DNA of 63,736 bases, counting the filler, from Reclinomonas americana ATCC 50394 (lineage: Eukaryota), in NCBI GenBank assembly GCA_048213135.1. It is 33 parts of 33 records of this genome, joined end to end, with 100 filler letters (N's around TTAATTAATTAA, not from the genome) between each part and the next. Parts side by side here need not be neighbours in the genome. Positions count along the whole stretch, not along the records: positions 22,883 to 24,521 come from AFZH01024513.1; positions 24,622 to 26,766 come from AFZH01024514.1; positions 26,867 to 28,073 come from AFZH01024515.1; positions 28,174 to 31,320 come from AFZH01024516.1; positions 31,421 to 33,147 come from AFZH01024517.1; positions 33,248 to 34,367 come from AFZH01024518.1; positions 34,468 to 36,255 come from AFZH01024520.1; 26 more parts are not named here. One strand, written 5' to 3'. The translations under genes were made by a program, and so were the position numbers. The notes beneath the pieces are model-generated. The model saw only the letters and a program-made list of their open reading frames with translations, had not been told where the DNA came from and searched no databases. Below are positions 22,883-35,525 of the stretch, piece after piece (positions within the stretch are counted from its first letter, which is position 1; every line of letters begins with the position of its first letter).

Positions 22883-24521
22883 ACACGCCACCCGACGTGC
22901 TCAGCGTCGCGCCGTACACGTAGCCGGTGGAGCTGATGTTGCCGCCAGTCACGCCATTCTGCGCCGACACGCTGTCGCCACTGATGGCTCCCGATGAGCT
23001 CACGCTGGCGCCTTGCAGACTGCCAGTCGTCGTCACACTGCCGCCAGTAATCACGCCGCCAGCCGACACGCCACCCGACGTGCTCAGCGTCGCGCCGTAC
23101 ACGTAGCCGCTGGAGCTGATGTTGCCGCCAGTCACACCACCAGCAGTGCTCACACTGCTACCAGCCACGGAGCCGGTGGTGGTGACATTCGAACCAGTAA
23201 CAACGCCCGTTGAGCTGACGGAGCTGCCAACAATGGTTCCAGTAGTAGACAAACTGCCACCGCTAATGACTCCACCAGCGCGGATGTAGCCCGCAGTGCT
23301 AATGTTATCACCACTGATGCTGCCCAGGGTGCAACCAGTGAGCTGACCATTCTGAATTGTGCACTTGCCGTCCGAGAGCAGCGAGCCAGAGATGTTACCA
23401 GTGGTGGTGAAGCTTCCACCACTAACGACACCACCGGCAGACACGGTGCCAGTAGTGGCCAGGCTACCGCCAGACACAGCGCCAGAAGCGCTCACAGTGC
23501 CACCAGTGACTGAGCCACCAGTACTCACACTGCCGCCGCTCACAGCACCACCAGTGCTCACACTGCTGCCTTGCAGGGTGCCAGTCGTCGTCACACTGCC
23601 GCCAGTAATCACACCGCCAGCCGAAACAGCGCCCGACGTGCTCAGCGTCGCACCGTACACGTAGCCGCTGGAGCTGATGTTGCCGCCAGTTACGTTACCG
23701 CCAGTGCTCACACTGCTACCAGCCACGGAGCCAGCAGTAGTGAGGCTGCCACCAGTAACCACGCCTCCAGCCGAAACAGCGCCCGACGTGCTCAGCGTCG
23801 CGCCGTACACGTAGCCGCTGGAGCTGATGTTGCCGCCAGTAACACCACCACCAGTGCTCACACTGCCGCCGCTCACGGCGCCACCAGTGCTCACACTGCT
23901 GCCTTGCAGGGTGCCAGTCGTCGTCACACTGCCGCCAGTAATCACACCGCCAGCCGACACGCCACCCGACGTGCTCAACGTCGCGCCGTACACGTAGCCG
24001 CTGGAGCTGACATTGCCGCCAGTGACTGCACCACCAGTGCTCACACTGCCGCCGCTCACAGCACCACCAGTGCTCACGCTGGCGCCTTCCAGACTGCCAG
24101 TCGTCGTCACACTGCCGCCAGTAATCACGCCGCCAGCCGACACGCCACCCGACGTGCTCAGCGTCGCGCCGTACACGTAGCCGCTGGAGCTGACGTTGCC
24201 GCCAGTAACACCACCACCAGTGCTCACGCTCGCGCCTTGCAGAGTGCCAGTCGTCGTCACACTGCCGCCAGTAATCACGCCGCCAGCCGACACGCCGCCC
24301 GACGTGCTCAGCGTCGCACCGTACACGTAGCCGCTGGAGCTGACATTGCCGCCAGTGACTGCACCACCAGTGCTCACACTGCCGCCGCTCACGGCACCAC
24401 CAGTGCTCACACTGCTGCCTTGCAGAGTGCCAGTCGTCGTCACACTGCCGCCAGTAATCACGCCGCCAGCCGACACGCCACCCGACGTGCTCAGCGTCGC
24501 GCCGTACACGTAGCCGCTGGA
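22883..24521 (-). CDS. Gly/Ser/Thr-rich repeat region (probably a continuation of the EGF gene on the next contig)
   Basis: Open across the contig. Units GGNVSSSGYVYGATLSTSGGVSAGGVITGGSVTTTGTLQGSSVST are essentially identical to those at 24622-24790. Confidence 0.8.
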
Positions 24522-24621
24522 NNNNNNNNNNNNNNNNNNNNNNNNNNNNNNNNNNNNNNNNNNNNTTAATTAATTAANNNNNNNNNNNNNNNNNNNNNNN
24601 NNNNNNNNNNNNNNNNNNNNN

Positions 24622-26654
24622 GCCACCAGTGCTCACACTGCTGCCTTGCAGGGTGCCAGTCGTCGTCACACTGCCGCCAGTAATCACACCGCCAGCCGAC
24701 ACGCCACCCGACGTGCTCAGCGTCGCGCCGTACACGTAGCCGCTGGAGCTGACATTGCCGCCAGTCACATTGCCACCAGTGCTCACACTGCTACCGGCCA
24801 CGGAGCCGGTGGTGGTGAGACTGCCACCAGTAATCACACCAGCGGCACTGATGGTGCCCGATGCGGTAATGTTGGTGACACTGAGGTTGGTCGCCGAGCA
24901 ACCGGTGAGGACACCGTTCTGCATCGAGCAAGTGCCATCCGACACAACCGAACCCCTGACGGAGCCAGTGGTGGTCAAGCTGCCGCCGGAAACGATGCCG
25001 CCGGACGTCAAATTACCCGACGAGCTGACGCTAAGCGATTGCAGCGTGCCCGCGGTGGTGATGCTACCGCCTGAAAGCAGGCCGCTGGTGCTAATGGTGG
25101 CACCCAGCACTGCTCCCGCAGTGGAGAAATTCAGGGCGTTGATGGCGCCCGATGAGCTTACAGAGCCGGCCGTCAGAGATCCACTCGTGCTGAAACTTCC
25201 AGCCGCAATCACACCAGCCGTGCTAATGGAGCTCAAGGAGCATCCGGTCAGCACACCATTCGAAATGGAGCAAGTACCGTCGCTCAGAGTGCGTCCGGTA
25301 ACCGAGCCCGAAGTGGTGAAGCTGCCGCCAAAGACGAGGCCGCTGCTGCTAATGTTGAGACCGAATACGGTACCGGTGGTGGAGACCGTTTGGCCGAAAA
25401 TGTTGCCAGACGAGCTGACGAGACCCGTGCGGATGTCGATAGCTGTCGTGGAGCCGAGGGTGGCTGCCTGCGCAAAGAGCTGACCGGATGCCGACAACGT
25501 CGCGGCATTCACAAAGCTGGAGCTGGAGATGCCGACCGCAGTAAGGCTGCTGCCGACCACCACCGCGCCATTGAGGGACGACTGCTGGAACACCGTCAAG
25601 GTGCTAGTTTGCACAGTTGGTGACGTGACCAGGCCGTTTGCTGACAGCGTGACGGCTTGCACACGACCGGCGGCAGAAAGACCACCAGTGGCAATGTCGG
25701 CCACAGAGAGCCACGACTGCATGACCACCGGGCCCAACATCAGCGACCAACCACGAACTGTCAGTGCAGAGGCATCCGTCACTGTGCCAGTAATGGCACT
25801 GCACGACGAGCCAGAGTAGCCAGAATTGCATGTGCACACTTGGCCAGTGGTCGAAGTAGCACTGCAATTACCACGCACAGGACTCGCAAAGGCTCCGCTG
25901 TGCGCATTTACAGAAATAAATACAAGCACCGTGGGGTCAGGGTGAGAGGGCACGTGCCACGTACCATTGAGTCCTGCTGCATGTGCAATTTACACCACCA
26001 AAAGTGGAAGTGCAAGTGCAAATACCGTTGGTGCAGCTCGCCACAGCCGAGGTACCGACAGGGCTGGTTATACGCACAATCCACCACAATGAGCATTCGC
26101 AAGAAGCACGCCGTCACCCCACAACACGTGCGCGCCACTTACCAAGAAGCCGGGCAGTTGCTCGTGCAAGCGCCAGTCGCTGCGTGCAGTTGAGAGTTGT
26201 CAGAAATGTGACCAAAAAAATGCAGGCGACAGTGGGAAGAACAAAACATTGGTTGCAAGTGGTTCCAGCAGGGCAACTGCAGACGCCGGCGCAACGAGAT
26301 CCGTAGAAGCCAGTGTTGCAAGTGCACACACCAGTCGTGGCATTGCAAGTACCGTTGTCGTTGCTGTGTTTATGGTGTGACGTGAGCAATGCGTCGCCGT
26401 TTCATCCAATTTTCTCATTCACATACCAGTTGTCGGCGCAAAGCGATGTCGACGCGCAGTTGGTACCGGAGAAGCCCGACAAGCATGTGCATGTGCTGCG
26501 TTGGTATCACGTGAGCGAGGATTCAGTGTGGTGGACCAACGAGGGAGGGAGAAAAAAACACAGCACCACTCACCCAGCACTGTTGCAATAACCCTTTTGC
26601 GTGCAGCCCGAGTCACCGGTCGCGCAGTTGTTGCAACCCACTTCACTGCATTGG
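24622..26654 (-). CDS. Spliced eukaryotic gene: EGF-like Cys-rich repeats followed by Gly/Ser/Thr solenoid repeats (both ends truncated)
   Basis: Exons 26574-26654, 26427-26495, 26248-26363, 26143-26179, 25965-26063 and 24622-25897 join in frame through GT-AG introns. Product includes CTCLSGFSGTNC, NGTCNATTGVCTCNTGFYGSRC and CTCNSGYSGSSC. Confidence 0.8.
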
Positions 26655-28173
26655 CTGTGGTGCGTGACGAGGAGGAGAAGGGGGGAGGTGGTGGCGCACG
26701 TCAATACACAAGCACAGGCATTCAGGATTTCAAGAAACAAAAACAAACCAATTGGGTCCGCCGAATNNNNNNNNNNNNNNNNNNNNNNNNNNNNNNNNNN
26801 NNNNNNNNNNTTAATTAATTAANNNNNNNNNNNNNNNNNNNNNNNNNNNNNNNNNNNNNNNNNNNNACCACCACCACGCACTCCATCGTGGGTGGGTGGG
26901 TGGGTGTGTGTGTGTCACGGCGGAGGATCATGCACCGGAGAAAAAAAGTACATGAGCCCCGAAAAGGGAGCCGCCGAGCGAATCTAACACACGCAAACAC
27001 AGCACGCACTGTCATTGTGTGCGCATGTGCGCGCGCACTCACACGCACTCGCACGCACGCACGTGAGAGAGTGAGTGAGTGGGTGCGTGAGTGGACAGCA
27101 GTTGAATCTGACGTGTGAGTGGTCGCGAGAGCCGTGTGAGAGTGGTTTCGCGAATGCCTATCGGGGAGATAAAGAAGAGGAAGGAACGGAGAGAGAGAGA
27201 GAGGAAGGGGGGGTGAAGGGAGTGGAAGCGAGAGCGCGTCACCCCCTGCACTGCGACAAGAGACAACACTTATTACTCTCCAGATTTGGCAGTCACGTGA
27301 AAGAACAACTCCGTCGCGCCACGAGCCACGAGTATGTGTATGTGTACAGACACTGAAGTGGTGGCGGCGGTGGTGCGCCGCATCTGCAGCGGAGGCAGAT
27401 TGAGGACCGCATTTGGATCGAATATGCAGTTTTGAGTTTGAGGCGTCGTCAAACAACGCCTCTCGTTGTTGTGAGATTCGACGACGAATGCGCATCGATG
27501 CACACCCCGCACCGGTGATGTCACTGCACTTCAATGAAGAACCACCTTGCACACAGCCGGCGTCAGTTAACTCGAGCTTGCAACCAGTTTTCTCGGAAGA
27601 ATGCTGGATATGGCAGAGATTTATTTAATATGTACAACAACAGTGAGTCCTCACGAAGCCACACTCCAAGCATCGCCAGCGACGTGCCACGAAAAGGAAG
27701 AGAAGAAAGGATCCTTTGGCCTTGGCTTGCAGGATTCGCTCGACAGTGACTTTGTGTGCGCGGGGTGGGCGAGGATTGAAGCAGCTTCGAAGCTCTGTCA
27801 TGTCCCAGCTCCGCCTTCCGGGGCGCCTGGCCACCGACGTTCCAGAGTCTCGCGGCGGTTGGCGGGGCCGATTTCTTGCTGTCGAATTCGAATTCGATTT
27901 TCGATATCGAAACAACAAAACACTTCATTCACCACATTCCAATAATGCGACAAATGTCCACAAACTCGCCATCGAGAAGTGACGTGCGAGCTTTTCTATC
28001 ACGTTCCAGGTTCTCCGTCGGAGGCCTCCATATTGTATTACTGGCGATACATTGCACAGCGCGGCGGCCGATGNNNNNNNNNNNNNNNNNNNNNNNNNNN
28101 NNNNNNNNNNNNNNNNNTTAATTAATTAANNNNNNNNNNNNNNNNNNNNNNNNNNNNNNNNNNNNNNNNNNNN

Positions 28174-31100
28174 CGTTGCCGGGCATGAGCATGGTGGCTG
28201 CCGGTGCGATTCACTCACGGCTGCACACTCCGCTGCCGATGTTACAGATGGCTCAGCTCGACACGGCGGCCGGCTCCGGCACAGTGCAGTTGTTGCGTTC
28301 GAATGTTTTCGAGGCTGCCGTGCTGCAACTCTCCATTGTGACGCCGCACAACACGACCTTGTCGTTGGTCAGCAACGACGCGCGCATGCCTGGCCAGACG
28401 TTGCACCTGAATGCATCGGTGGCGAGTGCATCGCTGCTCTCTGCCACGGTGGATGCGTCGGTTGACTGCCTGGTGCATGAACCGATGATCGTGCTTGTGG
28501 GCACGCTGCGTGCTGTTGTTGGCACTGACGGCTGGACACAGGAGCTGGCGACACACTTCAACGCCACCCAAGCCGGCACACTGCACGTTCTACACAGCCG
28601 CCTCGTCAACGACACGCAGCTGAATGCGACGCTGGCGGGGGTCGCCATGTGGCGCGGCGTGACTTCTGTCGTCGGTGAGAGTACGAGTGCTCAGTCGCAA
28701 CTCAACGTGCAAGTCGCCAGTGCATCGGAGTTGCTGGCCGTGGGTGTCTGTGACGTACGTACGGCAGGCTTATCGGTGCAGTCTGCGGATGCGCAGCAGG
28801 TCACCATGGCGCTGCAGCAGAGCGTTGTCAGCAACGTGACGGCCTCGCAGCTGGCACAGTCGTCTGTGTGGTCCACCCGTCGACTCACGTCTGTATCGTT
28901 GGCCACGCAATTGGTGGAAATCGACTCGTGGCGCGCTGACCTTGATGCTGCCGGTGTGGACACGCTGGCCTGGGAGTCGCATTCGAGCAGCAGCAGCACC
29001 GATGGCCACAGTGTCGGAGTTGATGCGGTATCACTCCACGCCAGAGTATCACAGGCGGCGCACACTCACTGGACGGTTGAACACCCGGCACACTCGGTGC
29101 ACGCAACCTTGGCCAGTAATGCCACTGTGGATCTGTACGACGCGGCGACGGCATTGCGCCAAGTTGTTCACGCACAGACGGACTCGTGTGCCTCGTGCAG
29201 TGTTGAGCTCGATGCTCAGCGGCGTGGCCAGTATGCAGTGGCTGAAGCGGCGCGCTTTTCGGGCCTCACGGCACAGCTTACGGGCGCACGTCAGTGCAAC
29301 ACGACAGTGTCGGCCCCGACGCTCCACAGTGCGACGGCAACCATCCAGCAACAGCAACAAGCCACGATCAGTGGCACGCTCGCTGTTGGCGGACCACAAG
29401 CTACTGTGCGCTTGTCGTCCATGCCGAATTCAGCTGGTATGTTGCCGCCTTCGACTCCGACAGTCACCCAGACGGCGACCGTGAGCAGCGGCGGTTCCTT
29501 CACGTACCAGGACGATGGCACCGTCTCGTTGCTGACCGCCAGCGCTGATTGGCTTTCATGGACTGGCTCGGCGACGACAGACAATACGGTCAACCCCGCT
29601 GGCTACGCCTCACTGGCGTACGTGGCCAGCAACACGACGGCTGCGACAGCACTTGTCGCCACGTGCAATGCGCGCCTGTCGGCGGCAACTGCACAGGTCA
29701 CCATTGCTGTCGACGGTCTGATAGGGTCGCTGGACGGCAGCGCGTCGGCTTCGACCACCGGATTCGCTGGCGCCACCGTGCGCGCCGTCAATGCGACATC
29801 GTGGACGGCCAACGCGTCGAGTTCATCTGCCTCGCTGACGGTGGTGTCGGTCGGCTATGCGGCACTCAACTCTACCGTGCATTCTCCGCTGGCGATCCCG
29901 GCGCCCGTCGACTCGCGTGGCGACTTTGGTGGCGCACTGTCAACTGGCTTCCGGCTGGTGACCACCGTGGACAGCGCCAGTGGCACGTCCATGAATGTGG
30001 CGGCACTGGTACCAACTGCAGGCCTCAGCGGTACCAGTGTCGTCGCTGATGGCGCTGCGTGGGTGTTCTCGTCGACGCTCGTGTCGCAGCAGGGCTCACC
30101 CGCCTTGGTGCAACACGCCTTGTCGGCACGAATCGCCGGCATCGGTGAACCCCGACAACTGAACTTTACGGCCTCCAGTGTGCCGCGCAGCACGACGCTG
30201 ACCGGCACTTTGGTGGCCACCACCATGGGGCCTGCCTCGTGGAATTCCACCTCCACCCGATCGGCCATGGCACCACAACCGCTCTCTGTCTCGACGGCGG
30301 TGGCTACTGGAGCGTGGACAGACGCAACGACGCAAGTGACGACAATTATTGCGCTGGCACCGGCAGTACAGGGCGCCACCACTGGGGGCATCTCGGTGCA
30401 GATGCGAGGTTCAAGCAGCACTGCCGCGTCGGTGGCACTGCAGCTGCTGCGACAACCACCGGTGGAGACAGGCACAAGCACGTCTCCACTGCAGTCGGTT
30501 GCGGTTACGGACAGTGGTTTCTCTGTGTCGCTGGACTCTGCTGCGTGGACGGTGTTGGACTGGGGCAGCGATGCCTTGACGGCAGCCGCCGTTCAGTCGT
30601 TTGCGCTAAGCCTGGCTGGCGGTCGCTCAAACGTCGAGTTTGTGAGCCCTAATGGACCACAATTGCCCAACGGCAAGTACCGCTCACTCTCCTTCGACAT
30701 TAGCCGGTCCGTGCTCACAGGCGTGTCATGGCACATACCACCCACCATGGCAGTGCGCGTTCCCACGCAGCAGCCAGTCCTCGATGCTGACAGTCGCACT
30801 ATTAAGTGGACGTCTGCATCATCTTCTGCGACGAGTGACGACTTTTGCATTAGTGCTCTTCTGTGTGAAGACCAGTCGTGGCGCTACGAGAAGAACTATG
30901 GCTCATTCGGCTGTTACAGCACGCCGGTGCGCAGTATGTGTGGTGTGGTGGCTACTGTGGTGCTGTTGGGTGCGGCCGGTGAGCTGCAATGCTACACCCC
31001 GAACCGTGGCTCCCCGCTGTTGTTGCAGTCGCCGCCTGGTCTGACGCCCGTCCCCGAGCTGCCGTTGGCCACGCGAGCAGCCTCGCTCAACATTGTATTC

Positions 31101-31320
31101 TACTTGCTCTTTGTGACTGCGGTGGCCGTGTTTGCCTGGGGTGTGTATTGGACTTTCCGGCCTCTGACCGTGGCTGCTCTGTCAAGATGGCGGTTCGGCG
31201 GCGACGTGCTGCTTGACGAGTTTTACACGGCGTGGATCCTGTCCGCGCTGGCTGGTCTCATAAACAACTCACTGGCGGTCGGATGGGAGCCGCAAACACG
31301 CGCCGTTCTCGATGCCTCGA
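28174..31320 (+). CDS. Large Ala/Thr/Ser/Val-rich ectodomain membrane protein, partial
   Basis: ORF over 1000 codons with no apparent intron; Cys-containing segment, then the hydrophobic helices IVFYLLFVTAVAVFAWGVYWTF and FYTAWILSALAGLI. Confidence 0.7.
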
Positions 31321-31420
31321 NNNNNNNNNNNNNNNNNNNNNNNNNNNNNNNNNNNNNNNNNNNNTTAATTAATTAANNNNNNNNNNNNNNNNNNNNNNNN
31401 NNNNNNNNNNNNNNNNNNNN

Positions 31421-31800
31421 TCATGCTGACGCTGTGGGTGACGTGGATCTTTGTGTGCCCGCTGAGCTCCATGCTGCTTCTGTGGTGGTGGTTGCGCAGA
31501 ACATGCTTTGCACCTGTAGAGAACCGTATGGCGCGACCAGGTGATCGCGGCCAACAGGTCAACGTCGCGGTCGATGGGAATGTGCAGCAACGCATGCTGG
31601 ATGCGCCAGACGTCGACGATGAGGTGCAACATGATCTTCGCTTCGGTGGCGCTGGCGGAGAAGATGAGGGGGATGGAAATGACGGCGACGATGGTGGTGG
31701 AGATGTGGTGCAACGTTATAGAAAGCAGCCTGTCTCGATGGGGACATATGGGGGCGGAAAGTCGGCGGCTGCGGATCCACCGTATGATCAATTGGATTGA
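31421..31800 (+). CDS. Membrane protein C-terminus (last TM helix + acidic tail), possibly the same gene as the previous contig
   Basis: LWVTWIFVCPLSSMLLLWWWLRR, then a Asp/Gly-rich tail ending YDQLD-stop. Confidence 0.5.
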
Positions 31801-32239
31801 GTTAATGTATAATGATGAAGTGCTGAGGTGGAAGGGAGGAGAGAGGGAGGAGGGGAAAGGGAGGGGGAGGGGAGGGAGGAAATGGAGAGGGAGGATGGGA
31901 AAGGGAGAGGCAAGAGAGGGAGGGTGACAGGGAGGATGGGAAAGGGAGACGGAGGGCTGGTGAGAGTGGCGCGCGTGGCAAAAAGGCGTGGTAAGCAAGG
32001 TACATCATCGAGACGTTGAAGTAGAGCAACATCGGGCACCCCATTGGCACCGGAGACGACATGATGCCGAAAAAGACAGCAGTGTCTGTGACTTTACAAG
32101 AGACAACCAAGGGTCTCGAAAGAGGGCACACTATTGCCTTCGCAGGCACACTTGGCATCCGTGGCCGCAACCCAACCGAGGCGCTGCCTGTCACGGGGAA
32201 CGGTGAGTGACCGAGGAGGTAAGGGCGGAGGAAGGGCGC

Positions 32240-33000
32240 GCGGGAAGGAGGGTGGATGGGCACATCAAGGGGAAAGGGGAAAGTGCATGCGTGCGAAAAG
32301 GAGGGTGGGTGACTGCAAATGGGCCATGCAGGAGGGAGATGGTGAAGGAAGGGGAGAGTGAGACGCGTGTGAGAAGGAGGGAGGATGACTACAGATGGGC
32401 ACATCGAGGGGAGAGTGAGACGCGCGTGCGGGAAGGAGGGTGGGTGACTGCACATGGGCACGAAGAAGCAGAAAGTGCGATGTGTGCTGGAAGGAGGGTG
32501 GGTGACTGCGCATGGACAAATAAAGGAAGGAGATGGAGAAGGAGCGATGTGCGCGGGAAGGAGGGCGGATGACTACAGATAGGCACATGAAGGAGGGAGA
32601 GTGCGATGCGTGCGAGAAGGAGATGGATGACTGTGGATGGGCACATGAAGGAGGGAGATGGTGAAGGAAGGGGAGAGTGCGATGCGTGCGGGAAGGAGGG
32701 TGGATGGGCACAGATGGGCACGAGGAAGTGGAAAGAGCGATGTGTACGAAAAGGAGGGCGGATGACTGCAGATGGGCACATGAAGGAGGGTTGATGGTGA
32801 AGGAACGCGAAAGTACGATGCGTGCAGGAAGGGGATGACTGCAGATGCTGGAGCAAGGGGAGAGTGAGCCGCGTGGGGGAAGGAGGGTGGATGACTAGAA
32901 AAAGGACACACGAAGGAGGGTTGATGGTGAAGGAACGGGAAAGTGCGATGCGTGCCTGTGAGAAGGAGGGAGGATGACTGGGGAAGCCGCATGGAAAAGA
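32240..33000 (+). repeat. Degenerate purine-rich minisatellite (about 55-85 bp spacing)
   Basis: Core GAAGGAGGG(T/A/C)GG(G/A)TGACT(G/A)CA(G/C)ATGGGCAC, repeated about a dozen times with variation. Confidence 0.75.
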
Positions 33001-33247
33001 GGGAACATCGTAACGGACAACACAGGGAGTGCCATAGATCGCCATACAATCGAATTATTCTGTGCAAGAACACAGCGAACGATAAAATCGGAAGGAGAAG
33101 GGTAGCACGCACAACGAGAAGCAGGGCAGGTGTGCAAAAAGGACATGNNNNNNNNNNNNNNNNNNNNNNNNNNNNNNNNNNNNNNNNNNNNTTAATTAAT
33201 TAANNNNNNNNNNNNNNNNNNNNNNNNNNNNNNNNNNNNNNNNNNNN

Positions 33248-33948
33248 GCAACTGGACGGGGCGCATCTTCGACGGCGAGAGTGCCGAGCTCGCGGCCGCT
33301 GATCTGTGGAGCGACCAGACGCTGTTCCCGCCGGCGCGCTATGCGATCGTGCCCGACCCCGCGGGCTCCGGCCGTCCGGTGATGCGCTTCACCGTTCCGG
33401 CCGATCAGACCTCGTACCGGGCGGAGATCGCCCGCAAGCAGTTCGCTCCCGGTCGCTATCGTTACGGGGTCTCGCACTACATCCCCACCGACTACGTGCC
33501 CTACGAATACGGCACGCTGCTCGCGCAGTGGCACGGTTTCACCCTGCCGGACGGCCGCGCCACCAACCCGCCGCTCGCTCTCGTGCTCGACGGGGCGCCG
33601 ACGCCCGCCTGGGAGTTCCACACCTACGAACTGCTGCCCGACCTCACGACGAGACTCACGCGGCACCCGCTGCCGGTGCCGGTGGTGTACGGCCGCTGGA
33701 ACGACTGGAGCTTCGACATCAGCTGGTCCACGCCGTCCACGCCCGGTCGGGTGATCATCACTCACGGCGGCTCGACAGTGCTCGACATCTCCGGCGACAA
33801 CAACTACCACCAGCAGTGGCCGCCGTACTTCCAGACCGGCATCTACCGGTCTTCGTGGCGCACCGGAGGGTATCCGGCCCAGCCCGACCTCCAGATCTAT
33901 CACCGGGGCATCACCGTCCACGATCTCACCGGGTGCGCCGCCGGGTGA
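33248..33948 (+). CDS. Polysaccharide lyase-like jelly-roll protein (heparin lyase I / Polysacc_lyase-like), 5'-truncated
   Basis: RAEI, YGVSHYIP, LLAQWHG, GRWND and PYFQTGIYR motifs. Confidence 0.75.
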
Positions 33949-34032
33949 GTCCGGGAGCTCGGAGCGTGCCGCTCTGCGACGGGCGCGCCACCCGATGCGG
34001 TCGACGGCGAGTGGTTCCGGCATCCTTGGGGG

Positions 34033-34367
34033 ATGGCCAAGCAGCTCATCGTCAACCTGTTCGAGATGGCGACGCCGGGGCACATCACTCACGGACTGTG
34101 GCGTCAGCCCGACAACCAGCGCGAGCGCTATGCCGACATCTCGTACTGGACCGAGCTCGCGCAGGTCGCCGAGGCCGCCGGGTTCGACGCGATCTTCCTC
34201 GCCGACGTCGTGGGTGCGTACGACGTGTACGACGACGGTTTCGAGCCGGCGCTGGAGCGCGGGCTGCAGATCCCGAACATCGATCCGCTGCTGCTCGTCG
34301 CCGCGATGGCGGCCGTCACCGAGCACGTCGGCTTCGGCGTGACCTTCTCCACGACGTACGAGCCGCC
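34033..34367 (+). CDS. NtaA/DmoA-family flavin-dependent monooxygenase (LLM class), 5' part
   Basis: GLWRQP, YWTELAQVAEAAGFDAIFLADVVG and TFSTTYEPP motifs. Confidence 0.9.
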
Positions 34368-34467
34368 NNNNNNNNNNNNNNNNNNNNNNNNNNNNNNNNN
34401 NNNNNNNNNNNTTAATTAATTAANNNNNNNNNNNNNNNNNNNNNNNNNNNNNNNNNNNNNNNNNNNN

Positions 34468-35501
34468 CCCGGGTGATCTGCGACGCCGGCGAGCACTTAG
34501 ATGATCCCGCGGCCCGGGACGCGTACTCGGCAGAGGTGCTCGGGTTCGCGGAGACCGAGTCCCCGAACCGTGTCGCCCGGATGGCACGGCGGATCGCGGA
34601 ACGCTACCAAGCCCGTCCGATCGGTGAACGACACAAGGATGCGCGGGCGAAGCGGGGCGTGTGGGTGAAAGACCTCCCCGACGGGATGGCCGAACTCGGC
34701 ATGACCGGCCCCGCCGCGCTCGTGCACGGCGCGTTCGACCGGATCACCGCCATGGCGAAAACCGTGCAGGAACAGACGGTGCAGGAGCAGTCGAATCCGA
34801 CTGCGCCTGGCACGGAGGCTGCCGCCGCTGGGCCGCGGGAGAGCGCATTCGGCCCGGCCGCCGACAAGAAGCGCGACGGCATTGTCGCCAAGGACCCGCG
34901 CACTCTCGGCCAGATCCGCGCCGACCTCGCTCTCGATCTGCTCCTCACCGGCACACCGGCTGGACACGACACCCCGGCCGGGCTGCTCGCCGCGATCACG
35001 GCCACCGTGTCGGTCACGGTCCCTGTCACGACTCTGATGGGCCGGGGCACGACCCCCGCGGAACTGAACGGGCGCACCCCGATCGACCCCGACACCGCGA
35101 GACGCCTGGCCGGGGCGGCATCCGGATGGGATCGCATCCTCACCCACCCCATCACCGGGGCCCTCCTCACCGTCGACCGGTACCGACCTGGCGCTGACCT
35201 GAAACGACACCTCAGGGCTCGGGATCAACGCTGCCGATTCCCCACCTGCGGATACCCACCATCGGACTGCGACATCGACCATCACCACGACGCCGCCCAC
35301 GGCGGTGCGACCACCGCCGAGAACCTCGGCCACCTCTGCCGACGACACCACACCCTCAAACACCACACCCCGTGGCACGTCGAACCCCTCACCGACGGGT
35401 TGTACGCCTGGACCAGCCCCACCGGCCGCACCTACATCGACACACCACCACCACCCCACACCATCACCTTCACCGAAGACGACACCCCACCACCCTTCTG
35501 A
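34468..35501 (+). CDS. DUF222 + HNH endonuclease protein (actinobacterial 13E12-repeat type), 5'-truncated
   Basis: RTLGQIRAD, RARDQRCRFPTC, CDIDH, NLGHLCRRHHTLKH, WTSPTGRTY and the terminal PPPF. Confidence 0.9.
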
Positions 35502-35525
35502 CGCAGGGGCGCCCCGAAAACCGGC

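Noticed and set aside
26867..28073. 245-aa ORF and overlapping ORFs
   Set aside because: They run through microsatellites, have no recognisable motifs, and look intergenic or UTR-like.
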